From: a virus
Taxonomy: Duplodnaviria > Caudoviricetes
Strand: one strand, 5' to 3'
Length of the DNA: 64,000 bases
Virus record (IMG/VR): IMGVR_UViG_3300010376_002108
Coordinates: 14,683-78,682 of that record
Shown here: positions 8,531-18,365 of the stretch, in pieces
How the letters are laid out: each line of letters begins with the position of its first letter
Position numbering within the stretch: position 1 is the stretch's first letter
The notes under the pieces: generated by a model
Seen by the model: only the letters and a program-made list of their open reading frames with translations
What the model was told of the DNA's origin: nothing
Databases searched by the model: none
Program-made: the position numbers and the translations under genes

Positions 8531-8686
8531 ATGAGTTCCCCTGCGGCACCGGCCCGCCCGCCTGACCCGGACGGGCCGGTGCCGAACATCCCCGGCACGG
8601 CCACCAACCCGGACACCGTGCCGCCCGAGAAACGATCCCCTCAGCCGCCGCCGGCGGAACGGAACGAAGGTGAGCCTGTTGGCTGA
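8531..8686 (+). CDS. Pro-rich small hypothetical protein
   Basis: ATG immediately after the capsid stop; 51 aa; overlaps the next GTG. Confidence 0.4.
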   Translation: MSSPAAPARPPDPDGPVPNIPGTATNPDTVPPEKRSPQPPPAERNEGEPVG

Positions 8687-8888
8687 CAGCTCGCACCTGG
8701 ACATGGTGGGCACCGAGCGCACCCCGCACGTGGTGGTGCTGATCAACGCGGCGCAGTCGGGCCGCGACCAGGCCGACCAGGCGGCCGGGGACGCGGTGGA
8801 CAACGGCGGCCCGGACGCGGACGTGACCAGCGCCCCGTCCAACGACACCCCCGACCCGCTGCCCTATTCCGACGACGGCGGCTACTGA
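8670..8888 (+). CDS. Small acidic hypothetical protein
   Basis: ORF track; operon position. Confidence 0.5.
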   Translation: MSLLADSSHLDMVGTERTPHVVVLINAAQSGRDQADQAAGDAVDNGGPDADVTSAPSNDTPDPLPYSDDGGY

Positions 8889-8963
8889 GCTGCCCGCGCC
8901 CGCTTCCCCCCGCCGGCTTTCACCCCGGGCCGGCCCGGGGGTGCCCTGGCCGGGCGCGGCTGC

Positions 8964-9058
8964 GGGCGGCACTCCTGGCCCTCCGGGGTGCCGCCCACCC
9001 AATATCCCGATACCTGACACTCACTGCGGGCAGGCCCGGCGCGCGGAGCCTGCCCGCA
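8964..9058 (+). promoter_or_regulatory. Stem-loops upstream of glycosyltransferase
   Basis: 12-bp stem 8964-8996 (one G-U); 11-bp stem TGCGGGCAGGC/GCCTGCCCGCA 9025-9058 abutting RBS AGGAGGTG. Confidence 0.45.
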
Positions 9059-9074
9059 AGGAGGTGACCTGCCC

Positions 9075-10988
9075 TTGAAAATCTTGTGGCACAGCAACGG
9101 GCCCGCGCCGCTGTCCAACACCGGCTACGGCGTGCAGACGGCCCTGTTCACCCCCCGGATCCGCGACATGGGCCACGAGGTGGCCATCTCATGCATGACC
9201 GCGATCACCGGGTTCCCGTCCACCTGGGAGGACATGCCGCTGCTGCCCGCCGGGCTGACCGCCTACAGCGCGGACGTGCTGCCGCAGCACGCCCGGCATT
9301 TCTTCGGCCGTGACCCGGGGCTGGTGATCGTCCACTATGACGCGTGGGCGATTCCCCCGGAGACGGTGCACGGCCTGGCCACCGCGTGCTGGTCGCCGGT
9401 GCACTCGGACAAGATGTCCGCCCCGGACCGGGCGTTCTACGCGCTGACCGAGGCAGTGCCCATGTCCTACTCCCAGCACGGCGTCAAGGCGATGCGTGCG
9501 GCCGGGCTCAGCCCGCTGTACGTGCCGCACGGCGTGGACACCGGGGTTTTCCGGCCGCTGTCTGATGATGAGCGGGCGCGGGCGCGGGCCGAGCTGAACA
9601 TCCCGCCGGGCGCGTTCGTGGTCGCCGCCGTGGGCGCGAACAAGGGCACCGACCCGCCGCGCAAGGGCTGGGGTGAGCTGTTCCACGGGTTCGCCCGGTT
9701 CCGCGAGCGGCATCCGGACGCGGTGCTGGTGTGCCACACGCTGGCCGCGACCCCGGATCAGTGGGGGCTGGACATGCGGCCGATCATCGCGGACCTGGGC
9801 ATAGGCGACTCGGTGATCTTTTCCGAGGATTACGCGCAGGTGTGCGGCCTGTACCCGGCGTCGTACGTGGCGAAGCTGACCGGCTGCGCGGACGTGCTGG
9901 CCAACCCGTCGTGGGGTGAGGGGTTCGGCCTGGCGATCCTCCAGGCGCTTGCCTGCGGGGTGCCGGTCATCGTCGGGGACAACTCGGCGCAGACGGAGCT
10001 GTGCCCGAAAACGGTCGGCTGGCGGGTGTCGTGCCAGCCGTACTGGTTCTGGCGTGATCAGGCCAACTGGGCGTGCCCGTCGATCGGCGGCCTGGCTGCG
10101 GCGCTGGAGAACGCGTGGCGGGCCCGGGGGTCGGTGTCGCTGCGGTCGCGGTGCCGCCAGTTCGCGGAATCCTATGACGCGGACCTGGTCGCGGCCACCT
10201 ATTGGAAGCCGGCTGTCGAGATGCTGGAGCAGCTTGCCGGGGCGGCCCGGATCCGGCCGCCGGGCAACGGCGGAAGCGTGCCGCTGCCCACCCGCGAGGT
10301 GGACGGGCTGCGGTGGCTGGCCCGGGGGCAGCACACCGACGACTGGATTTCGGTGGCGCACGAGGACGCGCTGGAGCCGGTGCTGTCCGGGCTGCTGCCC
10401 GAGGGCGGGGTGCTGCTGGACGTGGGCGCGCACGTGGGCCGGTGGGCGCTTAGGCTCGCCGGGAAGGCCAGCCGGGTGATCGCGGTGGAGGCGCACCCGG
10501 ATACCGCTGCGGCGCTGCGCTACCACGTGACGCTGAACGGGCTGGACGACAAGGTGACGGTGATCGAATGCGCCGCGTGGGATTCGCATGCCCGGCTGGC
10601 GATGGCCGACGAGAACCTGAAAGTCACCGGCGGCTCGACCCGGGTCATTGACACCGACGCGCCGGTGGCCGAGCTGCCGCTCAAGGCGTGGCAGGTGGAG
10701 GCGTGGCCGCTGGACGCCATCTTGGACGACGACACCAACCAGATCGACCTGTTCAAACTCGACGTCGAAGGCGCCGACCTGCACGCGCTGCGGGGCATGG
10801 CGATGATGCTGCGGCAGTGCCGCCCGGTGCTGTTCATCGAAGACCACTCGATTTACGGCTACTACGAGCAGGCGGACCTGCTGGCCCTGCTCGATGAGCT
10901 GGGCTATGACGCGGAGCCGTTCATCGCGCGGCTGGCCGGGGACCGGCAGGCGCCGTACGTGATCGCCCGGCCCCGTGATGACGGCTGA
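9075..10988 (+). CDS. GT-B (GT4-like) glycosyltransferase fused to FkbM-family methyltransferase
   Basis: TGYG..T, YVPHGVDTGVF, ANPSWGEGFGLAILQALACGVPVI; then LLDVGAHVG, IDLFKLDVEGAD. Confidence 0.88.
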   Translation: MKILWHSNGPAPLSNTGYGVQTALFTPRIRDMGHEVAISCMTAITGFPSTWEDMPLLPAGLTAYSADVLPQHARHFFGRDPGLVIVHYDAWAIPPETVHGLATACWSPVHSDKMSAPDRAFYALTEAVPMSYSQHGVKAMRAAGLSPLYVPHGVDTGVFRPLSDDERARARAELNIPPGAFVVAAVGANKGTDPPRKGWGELFHGFARFRERHPDAVLVCHTLAATPDQWGLDMRPIIADLGIGDSVIFSEDYAQVCGLYPASYVAKLTGCADVLANPSWGEGFGLAILQALACGVPVIVGDNSAQTELCPKTVGWRVSCQPYWFWRDQANWACPSIGGLAAALENAWRARGSVSLRSRCRQFAESYDADLVAATYWKPAVEMLEQLAGAARIRPPGNGGSVPLPTREVDGLRWLARGQHTDDWISVAHEDALEPVLSGLLPEGGVLLDVGAHVGRWALRLAGKASRVIAVEAHPDTAAALRYHVTLNGLDDKVTVIECAAWDSHARLAMADENLKVTGGSTRVIDTDAPVAELPLKAWQVEAWPLDAILDDDTNQIDLFKLDVEGADLHALRGMAMMLRQCRPVLFIEDHSIYGYYEQADLLALLDELGYDAEPFIARLAGDRQAPYVIARPRDDG

Positions 10989-11619
10989 GGGCTGGTGGGG
11001 CTGGCATCCGGATCCGGTGATCCGGCAGGCGATGGCCTACGGCGCGTCGCAGGACGCCGATGAGCTGGCCGCCGCGCTGGCGCTGGTGCGCGAGGCGCGG
11101 CCCCGGGTGGTGGTGGAGATCGGCTGTGACCGGGGCTGCACGCTGTACTGCTGGCGGCAGGTGTGCGGCCGGGTGTACGGCATCACCACGGCGGACAATT
11201 CCGCCGAGTCGGGCGGGTCGGGGCTGCCGCTGGACCCGCGCGGCGCCGAGGTGCTGACCGGTGATTCGCATGACCGGGCGTCGCTGGCGTGGCTGGTGAC
11301 CCGGCTGTGGGACCGGCCGGGCGCGGGCGTGGACGTGCTGGTCATCGACGGTGACCATTCGCCCGCCGGGGTGCTCGCGGATCTGGGTATGTACGGGCCG
11401 CTGGTCCGCGCCCGGGGCCTGATCCTGCTGCACGACGTCACCCCGTCGGCGGACCCTCGGTCGCGGGTGCACGAGGTGTGGCCTGAGCTGGCGGCCCGGT
11501 TTGAGTCCAGCGTGATCGCCAACCCGGACGGCGGCTACGGTTGGGGCGTGATCCGGGTGCGGCCCGGCGACGTTTTCAATGAACCAGTGACAGCGATCAG
11601 GAGCGCAGACGATGAGTGA
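10975..11619 (+). CDS. Class I SAM-dependent methyltransferase (Methyltransf_24/CmcI-like)
   Basis: VVEIGCDRGCT, GDSH, VDVLVIDGDHS, GLILLHD. Confidence 0.8.
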   Translation: MMTAEGWWGWHPDPVIRQAMAYGASQDADELAAALALVREARPRVVVEIGCDRGCTLYCWRQVCGRVYGITTADNSAESGGSGLPLDPRGAEVLTGDSHDRASLAWLVTRLWDRPGAGVDVLVIDGDHSPAGVLADLGMYGPLVRARGLILLHDVTPSADPRSRVHEVWPELAARFESSVIANPDGGYGWGVIRVRPGDVFNEPVTAIRSADDE

Positions 11620-11950
11620 CGACGACGAGGCCCCGGCCGCCAGCCTGGACTACGGGCCCAACCCGGCGCTGTCCGCGCAGGAAGGCGTGGACGCCGCCGC
11701 CGACCAGCCGACCAACGTCGAATTCGATGAGGGCACCGGCGGCCACGAGGCCCACGAAACCCCCGAAGGGATCCGGGCGACGGAGGAAAACGTGGCCACC
11801 AGCGTGAAACTGCCCACCGCCCGGGGCCGCGCCGGGCAGCCGAAAACCCAGACCACCGAAGCCAAGCCGGAAGCCAAGCCGGAAGCCAAGCCGGAACCGG
11901 AACACCGGGCCGGCGGGCGCAGGCACGAAGGCGGGGGCCGGCGGGCGTGA
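11612..11950 (+). CDS. Acidic low-complexity hypothetical protein
   Basis: Overlapping start/stop with neighbours. Confidence 0.55.
   Translation: MSDDDEAPAASLDYGPNPALSAQEGVDAAADQPTNVEFDEGTGGHEAHETPEGIRATEENVATSVKLPTARGRAGQPKTQTTEAKPEAKPEAKPEPEHRAGGRRHEGGGRRA
11858..11893 (+). repeat. 3 x 12-bp tandem repeat GAAGCCAAGCCG (EAKP x3)
   Basis: Read directly. Confidence 0.9.
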
Positions 11951-12240
11951 ACCAGCCGATCCCCCCGGTGGACCCGGGCAACCGGTACCTGGGGCCGGTG
12001 CTGTGCGACCTGACCTGCTCGCGGGGCACCGCCACCGACCAGTCCACCGGGCTCACCGAAGACCAGGCCATCATCACCGTCCGGGCCGGCAACGCGACGC
12101 TGACCGTGATGCTGAACAAGGCCGAGCTGTCGGCGTGGATCGACAACCTGGCCGGCACCCGGGACAAGATGACCGGGCTCACCCTGGCCGGGCACCCGCT
12201 GCCCGACGTGCGGCTGCCGGGCAACGGGGCGCAGCGGTGA
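11947..12240 (+). CDS. Hypothetical protein
   Basis: GTGA overlaps at both ends. Confidence 0.6.
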   Translation: MNQPIPPVDPGNRYLGPVLCDLTCSRGTATDQSTGLTEDQAIITVRAGNATLTVMLNKAELSAWIDNLAGTRDKMTGLTLAGHPLPDVRLPGNGAQR

Positions 12241-12638
12241 CCCGGCTGCTGTTGCTGGACGCCCGGCAGGGCTGGGAGTGCCCGAACTGTGACGTCACTG
12301 ACGTGACCCGGCCGCTGCCGCCGGGGGCGTCCCGGTTCCACACCTGCGCCGGGCTGCACATGCTGACCGCGCCGCTGATCCGCGCCGGGGTGGCGTGCAA
12401 GGTGGTCGCGGAAGAACGCGCCGACTACCTCAACGGCGAGGTGCAGAACCACGGCGACGACGGCAAGCCGTACATGGCGGTCCGCACCGTCCGCGACGAC
12501 GGCGAAGACCTGGCCGTCAACGCGGGCCTGGCCCGGATGGGCGGCGGCGTGCCCGCGCCGATGGCCGCGCCGAATTACGGGCTGCACGTCGGGGTGCGCG
12601 CCGGGCTGGCCGCCGGTGACGGCGGCGTACCCCGCTAG
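12237..12638 (+). CDS. Zn-ribbon hypothetical protein
   Basis: GTG at 12237; WECPNC...HTC motif. Confidence 0.6.
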   Translation: MTRLLLLDARQGWECPNCDVTDVTRPLPPGASRFHTCAGLHMLTAPLIRAGVACKVVAEERADYLNGEVQNHGDDGKPYMAVRTVRDDGEDLAVNAGLARMGGGVPAPMAAPNYGLHVGVRAGLAAGDGGVPR

Positions 12639-13021
12639 CCGCCGTGGAACGGGTCGGACGGGCCGCCGGCGAAGTCCATGCCGATCATGCCGTCCAGCAC
12701 GTGCATCACCACGCCCGGCTGCACCTGCTGGCCTGGCGGGTCCAGGGGGACGCGGGCCACTGGCCGCCACGCTGACCCGGTGACCGCGACGATGTAGGCG
12801 TGCTTGTACCGGCCTGCCGCTTTCACCTGCACTGTCACCTCGCCGTAGGCCAGGTGCAGCCTGCCGCTCTTGGCCAGGTAGGACGGCGTCCGCGTGATCG
12901 GCGCTTCGCCCAGCACCCGGCCGTCATCTGACCAGACGGTCATCCACAGTTGCACCGGCCCGTCGGGCAGGTTGGCGGCCCGGTGGGCGGCGGCCCACGC
13001 GTCCCGCACAACGTCACTCAC
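12635..13021 (-). CDS. Hypothetical protein on the opposite strand within the virion operon
   Basis: Globular-looking composition; exactly fills a gap lacking a credible + ORF. Confidence 0.55.
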   Translation of the reverse strand: MSDVVRDAWAAAHRAANLPDGPVQLWMTVWSDDGRVLGEAPITRTPSYLAKSGRLHLAYGEVTVQVKAAGRYKHAYIVAVTGSAWRPVARVPLDPPGQQVQPGVVMHVLDGMIGMDFAGGPSDPFHGG

Positions 13022-13051
13022 GCACCCACCGTATAGACAGGGAGTCCCGCC

Positions 13052-13570
13052 ATGACGTGGACCGCGTCCGCGATTTTCCAGCAGGCGATGCTCAACCCGA
13101 TCACCCGGGCGGTGAACAACGGCACCACGCCCACCGGGTTCACCGCGCTGACCGTCACCGACGTGATCAACGTGGCGTTGTGGAACAACTCGATCACGCC
13201 GGACAAGACGGCGGCGGTCGCCTCCACCGGGTACAACACGGGCCAGTGGGCGTCGGGCGCGAATGAGGTGACCGACGCGACCAACTGGGTGGCCGGCGGC
13301 CGGGCGCTCGGCACTAGGACGTGGTCGATCGACACCGGGTCCAGCTCGGCGGTGTTCAACGCGCCCAACCTGGCCGGCGGCGGCAACGTCACCCTCACCA
13401 ACGCCTACGGCTGCCTGGTGTACGACAACACGATCACCGCCGGGACGGTCGCTAAGCAGGGCATCTGCTACAACTATTTCGGCGGCCCGCAGTCGGTCAC
13501 GGCGGGCACGTTCACGATCATCTGGGCGACCGTGGGCGCGACCACGGGAGTTTTCAACATCACCGTGTGA
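13052..13570 (+). CDS. Virion structural protein (beta-rich)
   Basis: RBS GGGAG; Thr/Asn/Gly-rich; resembles the conserved small appendage protein in actinophage structural modules. Confidence 0.65.
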   Translation: MTWTASAIFQQAMLNPITRAVNNGTTPTGFTALTVTDVINVALWNNSITPDKTAAVASTGYNTGQWASGANEVTDATNWVAGGRALGTRTWSIDTGSSSAVFNAPNLAGGGNVTLTNAYGCLVYDNTITAGTVAKQGICYNYFGGPQSVTAGTFTIIWATVGATTGVFNITV

Positions 13571-13697
13571 GCGGTGCCGGGCGTTGGCGGTAGGCTGCCG
13601 GGTGCGGGACCGGGCATGCCCCCGGCGCTCGCTGCTGCTACGGGCGGCGGCCTGCGGCGGACATCATCCCCGGTCCCGTGTCACGGGTAGGTAGCTG

Positions 13698-14444
13698 ATG
13701 CCGGTCACGTTCGACGCGGCGGGCCCGTCGTCGGCGGGCGCTTCATCGACGTCGAGCCGCACGCTGGCCTGGACGCATCCGACCGGCGCGGCCGGGCGGG
13801 TGATCCTGGCCGGGATATCATGCGACGCTCCTTCCGACGCGGGGTGGACGGTGGCCTGCACCGCCGCCGGCACGGCGATGACCGCGCTCGGCGGCCTGGT
13901 GCACGCGGCCGGGGCCACCACCGGCCTGCTGGCCGTGTTCGGCATCCTGTCGGTCGCGTCGGGCACCATCGCCATGTCGTGCACCGTTTCCGGCGGGTCG
14001 ATCCCCGGTGACATGGAAGGCGGGTCGCTGAGCTTCACCAGCGGCGGCGCGGCGGCGTTCGGCACCCCGGTCACCGGGTCGGGCACGTCCACCACGCCGA
14101 GCGTGTCAGTGGCCGCGAACACGTCGGGGAACCTGATCGGCGCGTTCATCGCCTGCGGGGACAGCGTCTCGACGGCCACCAGCCCTTCGACATCCCGGTT
14201 CATCATCAACAAGATGACCAGCGGCGGCAACGGCACGGGCAACGCGGCCGGGGAAACCGCCCCGGCTACGGGGTCGGCGGTGTCGATGGCCTGGACGATC
14301 AACTCGGCCCCGTATGCGGTGATCGCCGTGGAGGTGCAGGACACCGGCGGCGCGGCGGCCGGGCTGCTGCCGCAGCAGCTCGCCCACCGGCAGTTCGCCT
14401 CCCGCACGGGGCACACCCGCACCGGCGGCAGTTACGCCCGATAG
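13698..14444 (+). CDS. Putative virion appendage protein
   Basis: Beta-strand Ser/Thr/Gly-rich; operon context. Confidence 0.55.
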   Translation: MPVTFDAAGPSSAGASSTSSRTLAWTHPTGAAGRVILAGISCDAPSDAGWTVACTAAGTAMTALGGLVHAAGATTGLLAVFGILSVASGTIAMSCTVSGGSIPGDMEGGSLSFTSGGAAAFGTPVTGSGTSTTPSVSVAANTSGNLIGAFIACGDSVSTATSPSTSRFIINKMTSGGNGTGNAAGETAPATGSAVSMAWTINSAPYAVIAVEVQDTGGAAAGLLPQQLAHRQFASRTGHTRTGGSYAR

Positions 14445-14453
14445 GAGGACCAG

Positions 14454-14729
14454 ATGGCCGAGCTGGACGCCAGCCAGGTGCGGCAGGTGTGGCTCAGCGA
14501 CGGGCCGCGCCGCCAAGCCCTGTTTGAAGTGGCCGGCGTGTCCGGCAACGACACGGTGGACCTAGCCGCGCTCGGCCAGTTCGCCCGGATCATGCAGGTG
14601 CAGGTGGTCGCCGTGTCCGGCACGGGTGGCATCGGCACCCCCGGGCTGCCCGGCGGCGGGGTGGTGGCGTTCCCGTCCGGGCTGGCGTCGGATGCGGTGC
14701 TGATGCTGGTGGACGGCATCCGGCCGTGA
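14454..14729 (+). CDS. Small structural hypothetical protein
   Basis: RBS AGGAGG. Confidence 0.6.
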   Translation: MAELDASQVRQVWLSDGPRRQALFEVAGVSGNDTVDLAALGQFARIMQVQVVAVSGTGGIGTPGLPGGGVVAFPSGLASDAVLMLVDGIRP

Positions 14730-15226
14730 CCGAGTACATGGCCAGCCCCCGGGCCACCAGCGCGCCGTTCGGCGTGACCGTGGTCGCGCTGGTCGCCACG
14801 ACCGCGAAAACGGTCCTCCAGGTGGCCACGCCGTCCACCACCGACATCCGCATCCTCGGCTGGGGCGTGTCGTTCGACGGGGCATCCGGCACGGCGGTGC
14901 CGGTGATCTGCCAGCTTTTGCAGACCGACGTGGCGGCGACGGTCACCACGCTGACCCCGGACACGTGGGGCAACGACCTGGGCCCGGCTAGCTTGTGTGT
15001 CGGCGGCACCTCCGCGACCGGGTACAACGCCAGCGTGGAGGGCACGATCACGGCGGTGCGGAACTTCGACGCCCAGCACGTGCACCCGCAATCCGGGTAC
15101 GGCGTGTGGTACCCGGAGGGCCGGCAGCCGAAAGTCCCGGTGTCGAAGTTCCTGCGCGTCCGGTGCACGGCCCCCGCGAATGTCAACTCGATTCCGTGGA
15201 TCGTGTGGGATGAGCCCAGCGTCTAG
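14726..15226 (+). CDS. Putative virion structural protein
   Basis: GTGA overlap; beta-sandwich-like. Confidence 0.6.
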   Translation: MTEYMASPRATSAPFGVTVVALVATTAKTVLQVATPSTTDIRILGWGVSFDGASGTAVPVICQLLQTDVAATVTTLTPDTWGNDLGPASLCVGGTSATGYNASVEGTITAVRNFDAQHVHPQSGYGVWYPEGRQPKVPVSKFLRVRCTAPANVNSIPWIVWDEPSV

Positions 15227-15238
15227 GTAGGGGGCGCG

Positions 15239-18200
15239 ATGCCGATCCGGGGCGGCGCGTCTAACGCGTTCCGGGGCTGGCTGGACCCGGACCGGTTCGC
15301 CGCCGTCGCGACCGCCGGCCTGGCGTCCGGCACCGGGCTGGCGCTTGCTTCCCCGGCCGGGCTGACCCCGCAGGTGCAGGCCAACGCCGGGCTCGCCACC
15401 GGCGCGGGGGCCGCGCTCCAGCCGTCGGTGACCACGGTCGCGGGCGGGACGGTGCCGTTCCTGGCCGGAACCGGGCAGGTCACCGGCACCGGCACCAGCC
15501 GCGTCTACCCGGTCACCGCCGCCACCGCCGCTGGGGACACGCTGCTGGCTTTCGTCACGGTCAACAACACGTCGGCCAGCGTCACCGCGTGCACCGACAC
15601 CAAGGGCAACGTCTACGCCCTGGACACGCAGTATTCGATCAACAACCCGACGATGGTCGCGTTCCGCTGCGACGGCGCCACCGGCGGCCCCGGCGGCGGA
15701 CCCACCGCCGCGCTGACCACGTCCGACACGCTGACCCTGACCACGACGGCGATCAGCGCCCAGATCGGCCTGGCGCTGTGGGACGTGCCGGGCACGTGGA
15801 CAACCGACCGGTCAGGGTCGATCGCCTTCCAGACCAGCGGCACCGCCGGTTCCTGCACGGTAACTCCCGCCGTGGACGCCGACCTGCTGATCGCCGGCTG
15901 GGTGATGGGGTCCGCCGGGCAGCCCGGCACGCCCAGCAGCGGGATGGCGCACGCCAACGGCAGCCCGAATGAGCCGGGCGGCACGGGCCCGTACGTGGCG
16001 CTGACCTACCAGCAGCTTGGCACCGGCACGTCGGGGGTGTCGCAGACCGCCGGGCTGACACTGGCCGCCGCGACAGCGTGGCGTGGCCTGGCGTACACGC
16101 TCAAGGTCGCGGTCCCCGCCGCGTCCGCCCCGGCGGGGCTGGCGTCCGGCGCAGGGACGGCGCAGCAGGCGGCTGGGTCGGCGGCGAGCAACATCCCGGC
16201 CGGCCTGGCGTCGGGCGCTGGCGCGGCCCAGCCTGCGGGGAACGCGGACACCGCCACGGCGGGACTTGCCACGGGCGCGGGCACCGGCCAGCAGGCCAGC
16301 GTGGGAGCGGCCGGCAATGCCGGGGTCGCCTCCGGGGCCGGCGCTGCGCAGTCGTTGCCGGCGGGCAGCCCGCAGATCACCGCCACGGCCGGGCTCGCCA
16401 CCGGGACAGGCGCCGCGCTCGTGCCCGGCAACGCGGACACCGCCGGCGCGGGGCTCGCCACGGGCGCAGGGACCGGACAGCAGGCGCAGGCGCAGATCCA
16501 GGTAGCCGCTGGGCTGGCCACCGGGACGGGTGCGGGACTCGGCGCGACGGTTACCACGTCGTCGTCGGCCAGTGCTCCAGCCGGGGCGGCCACGGGCACG
16601 GGTGCGGGACTCCAGGCGCAGGCCGGGCTCGGCGTCCCCGCGCTGGCCGCCACGGGCACGGGTGCGGGGCAGTCGGCCGGGGCGCAAGTTCAGGCCAATG
16701 CCGGGCTGGCCGCCGGAACCGGCGCGGCATTCCAGCCGGGCGGCGGGCGCGGTGCCGGGCTCGCGCAGGGCACAGGTGCCGGGCTGGCCGCTCAGGGCGG
16801 CACCGGGGGCAATGCGGCAGCAGCCACCGGGCAGGGCACCGCCCCGGCGGCGCAAGCCGGGACGGGCGCAGACGCCGGGCTCGCGCAGGCCGCCGGCACA
16901 GCGCCGCCGGCTACTGCCGCGCTAGGCGTCACCGCCGGGCTCGCCGCCGCGACCGGGGCAGCGCAGGCACCGGGCACGGGCCGGGGCGCCGGGCTCGCGC
17001 AGGCCGCTGGCGCCGGGCTCCAGCCGGCCGCGCAGCTCACCGTCCCGGCCGGGCTCGCCACCGGGGCAGGCGGGGCGCTGGCCGCCACGGTCACCACCTC
17101 GTCGTCCGCCAACGCCCCCGCGCAGGCCGCCACCGGGGCAGGGACCGGGCTGGGCGCGGGCGTTACGGTCACCGTCCCGGCCGCTACTAGCGCGGCGGCC
17201 GGGACGGCACAAACTGCCCAGGCCGCGCTGACCGTCCAAGCCGGGCTCGCCAGCGGCGGCGGGGCGGCCCTCCAGGCGTCCGTAGGGACCGTCTCCAGCG
17301 TCAGCGCGCCCGCCGGGGCGGCGACGGGCACCGGGCAGGCGCCCGGCGCGGCAGCGGCGCTCACCGTCCCGGCCGGGGCCGCTTCTGCGGCGGGCAGCGG
17401 ACAGCCGGCCCAGGCCGGGACGGGCGGCGGCGCGGGTCTAGCATCGGGCAGCGGGTCCGCCCAGCCGGGCAGTATCCAGCTCACTGTCCCGGCTGGGCTG
17501 GCCGGCGGCACCGGGCAGGCGCGCAACCCGTCGGGCAGCCTGTCCGGGGGCGCGTCTGCCGGGCTCGCGCAAGGCGCCGGCACGGCGCAGCCGCCCTCGG
17601 CCGCGATCACCGTCCAGGCGGGGCTCGCCACGGCGGCCGGGCTGGCGCAGCAGGCGTCGCCCGCGCAGACCGCCAGCGCGGGACTGGCCACCGGGCAGGG
17701 TGTTTCCGACCCGGTGTCGGCTGCGGTCACCGGCGGAGCCAACGCCCAGCTCGCGTCGGCCGCCGCCCAGCCGCTAACCCCCAGCTTCGCCGTCACCGTC
17801 CAGGCCGGCCTGGCTACCGGGACCGGTGCCGCGCCCGCTGCGGTCGGCGGTGCTGCGGCCAGCGCACCCGCGCAACCGGCGACCGGCACCGGGCAGGCCC
17901 TCCCGCCGGGGTTCGCGGTCACCGCCACGGCGGGGCTCGCCACGGCCAGCGGGCAGGCCCTCCCGGCTGCGGGCACCCCCGCCCGCACCGCCACCGCCGG
18001 CCTGGCCACCGGGACCGGTGCCGCGCAGCCAGCCATCGGGCAGCGCGGCACCGCTTTCACCGCCGGGCTCGCCACCGCGTCCGGCGCGGCCCCGGTGCCC
18101 GGGTTCGCCGTCACAGTCACGGCGGGGCGGGCCGCCGCGACCGGCACCGCGCCGGACGCCGGGGTGCACACGGCCATCCCGCCGTCGTTCGGTACCAGCA

Positions 18201-18364
18201 CCCAGGCGTCACGGCTCGCCTCGGCCGCCACCGTCCAGGCGTCCGCCGCGCTGGCCAGCCAGGGCGGCGCCGCCGCCACCGCCGCAGCAACGGCCAGCCG
18301 GGTACCGGCCGCCACCACCGCCGGCTCCGGTACCGTGACCACCACAACCAGCGGGAGGCCCTGA
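15239..18364 (+). CDS. Ala/Gly/Thr-rich repeat fibre-like virion protein (1041 aa)
   Basis: Dozens of degenerate AGLATG.GAA.Q repeats after an N-terminal beta domain. Confidence 0.7.
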   Translation: MPIRGGASNAFRGWLDPDRFAAVATAGLASGTGLALASPAGLTPQVQANAGLATGAGAALQPSVTTVAGGTVPFLAGTGQVTGTGTSRVYPVTAATAAGDTLLAFVTVNNTSASVTACTDTKGNVYALDTQYSINNPTMVAFRCDGATGGPGGGPTAALTTSDTLTLTTTAISAQIGLALWDVPGTWTTDRSGSIAFQTSGTAGSCTVTPAVDADLLIAGWVMGSAGQPGTPSSGMAHANGSPNEPGGTGPYVALTYQQLGTGTSGVSQTAGLTLAAATAWRGLAYTLKVAVPAASAPAGLASGAGTAQQAAGSAASNIPAGLASGAGAAQPAGNADTATAGLATGAGTGQQASVGAAGNAGVASGAGAAQSLPAGSPQITATAGLATGTGAALVPGNADTAGAGLATGAGTGQQAQAQIQVAAGLATGTGAGLGATVTTSSSASAPAGAATGTGAGLQAQAGLGVPALAATGTGAGQSAGAQVQANAGLAAGTGAAFQPGGGRGAGLAQGTGAGLAAQGGTGGNAAAATGQGTAPAAQAGTGADAGLAQAAGTAPPATAALGVTAGLAAATGAAQAPGTGRGAGLAQAAGAGLQPAAQLTVPAGLATGAGGALAATVTTSSSANAPAQAATGAGTGLGAGVTVTVPAATSAAAGTAQTAQAALTVQAGLASGGGAALQASVGTVSSVSAPAGAATGTGQAPGAAAALTVPAGAASAAGSGQPAQAGTGGGAGLASGSGSAQPGSIQLTVPAGLAGGTGQARNPSGSLSGGASAGLAQGAGTAQPPSAAITVQAGLATAAGLAQQASPAQTASAGLATGQGVSDPVSAAVTGGANAQLASAAAQPLTPSFAVTVQAGLATGTGAAPAAVGGAAASAPAQPATGTGQALPPGFAVTATAGLATASGQALPAAGTPARTATAGLATGTGAAQPAIGQRGTAFTAGLATASGAAPVPGFAVTVTAGRAAATGTAPDAGVHTAIPPSFGTSTQASRLASAATVQASAALASQGGAAATAAATASRVPAATTAGSGTVTTTTSGRP

Positions 18365-18365
18365 A

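Noticed and set aside
15239-18364. CRISPR array or collagen
   Set aside because: Repeats are degenerate, in-frame and coding; no fixed repeat-spacer period and no Gly-X-Y.
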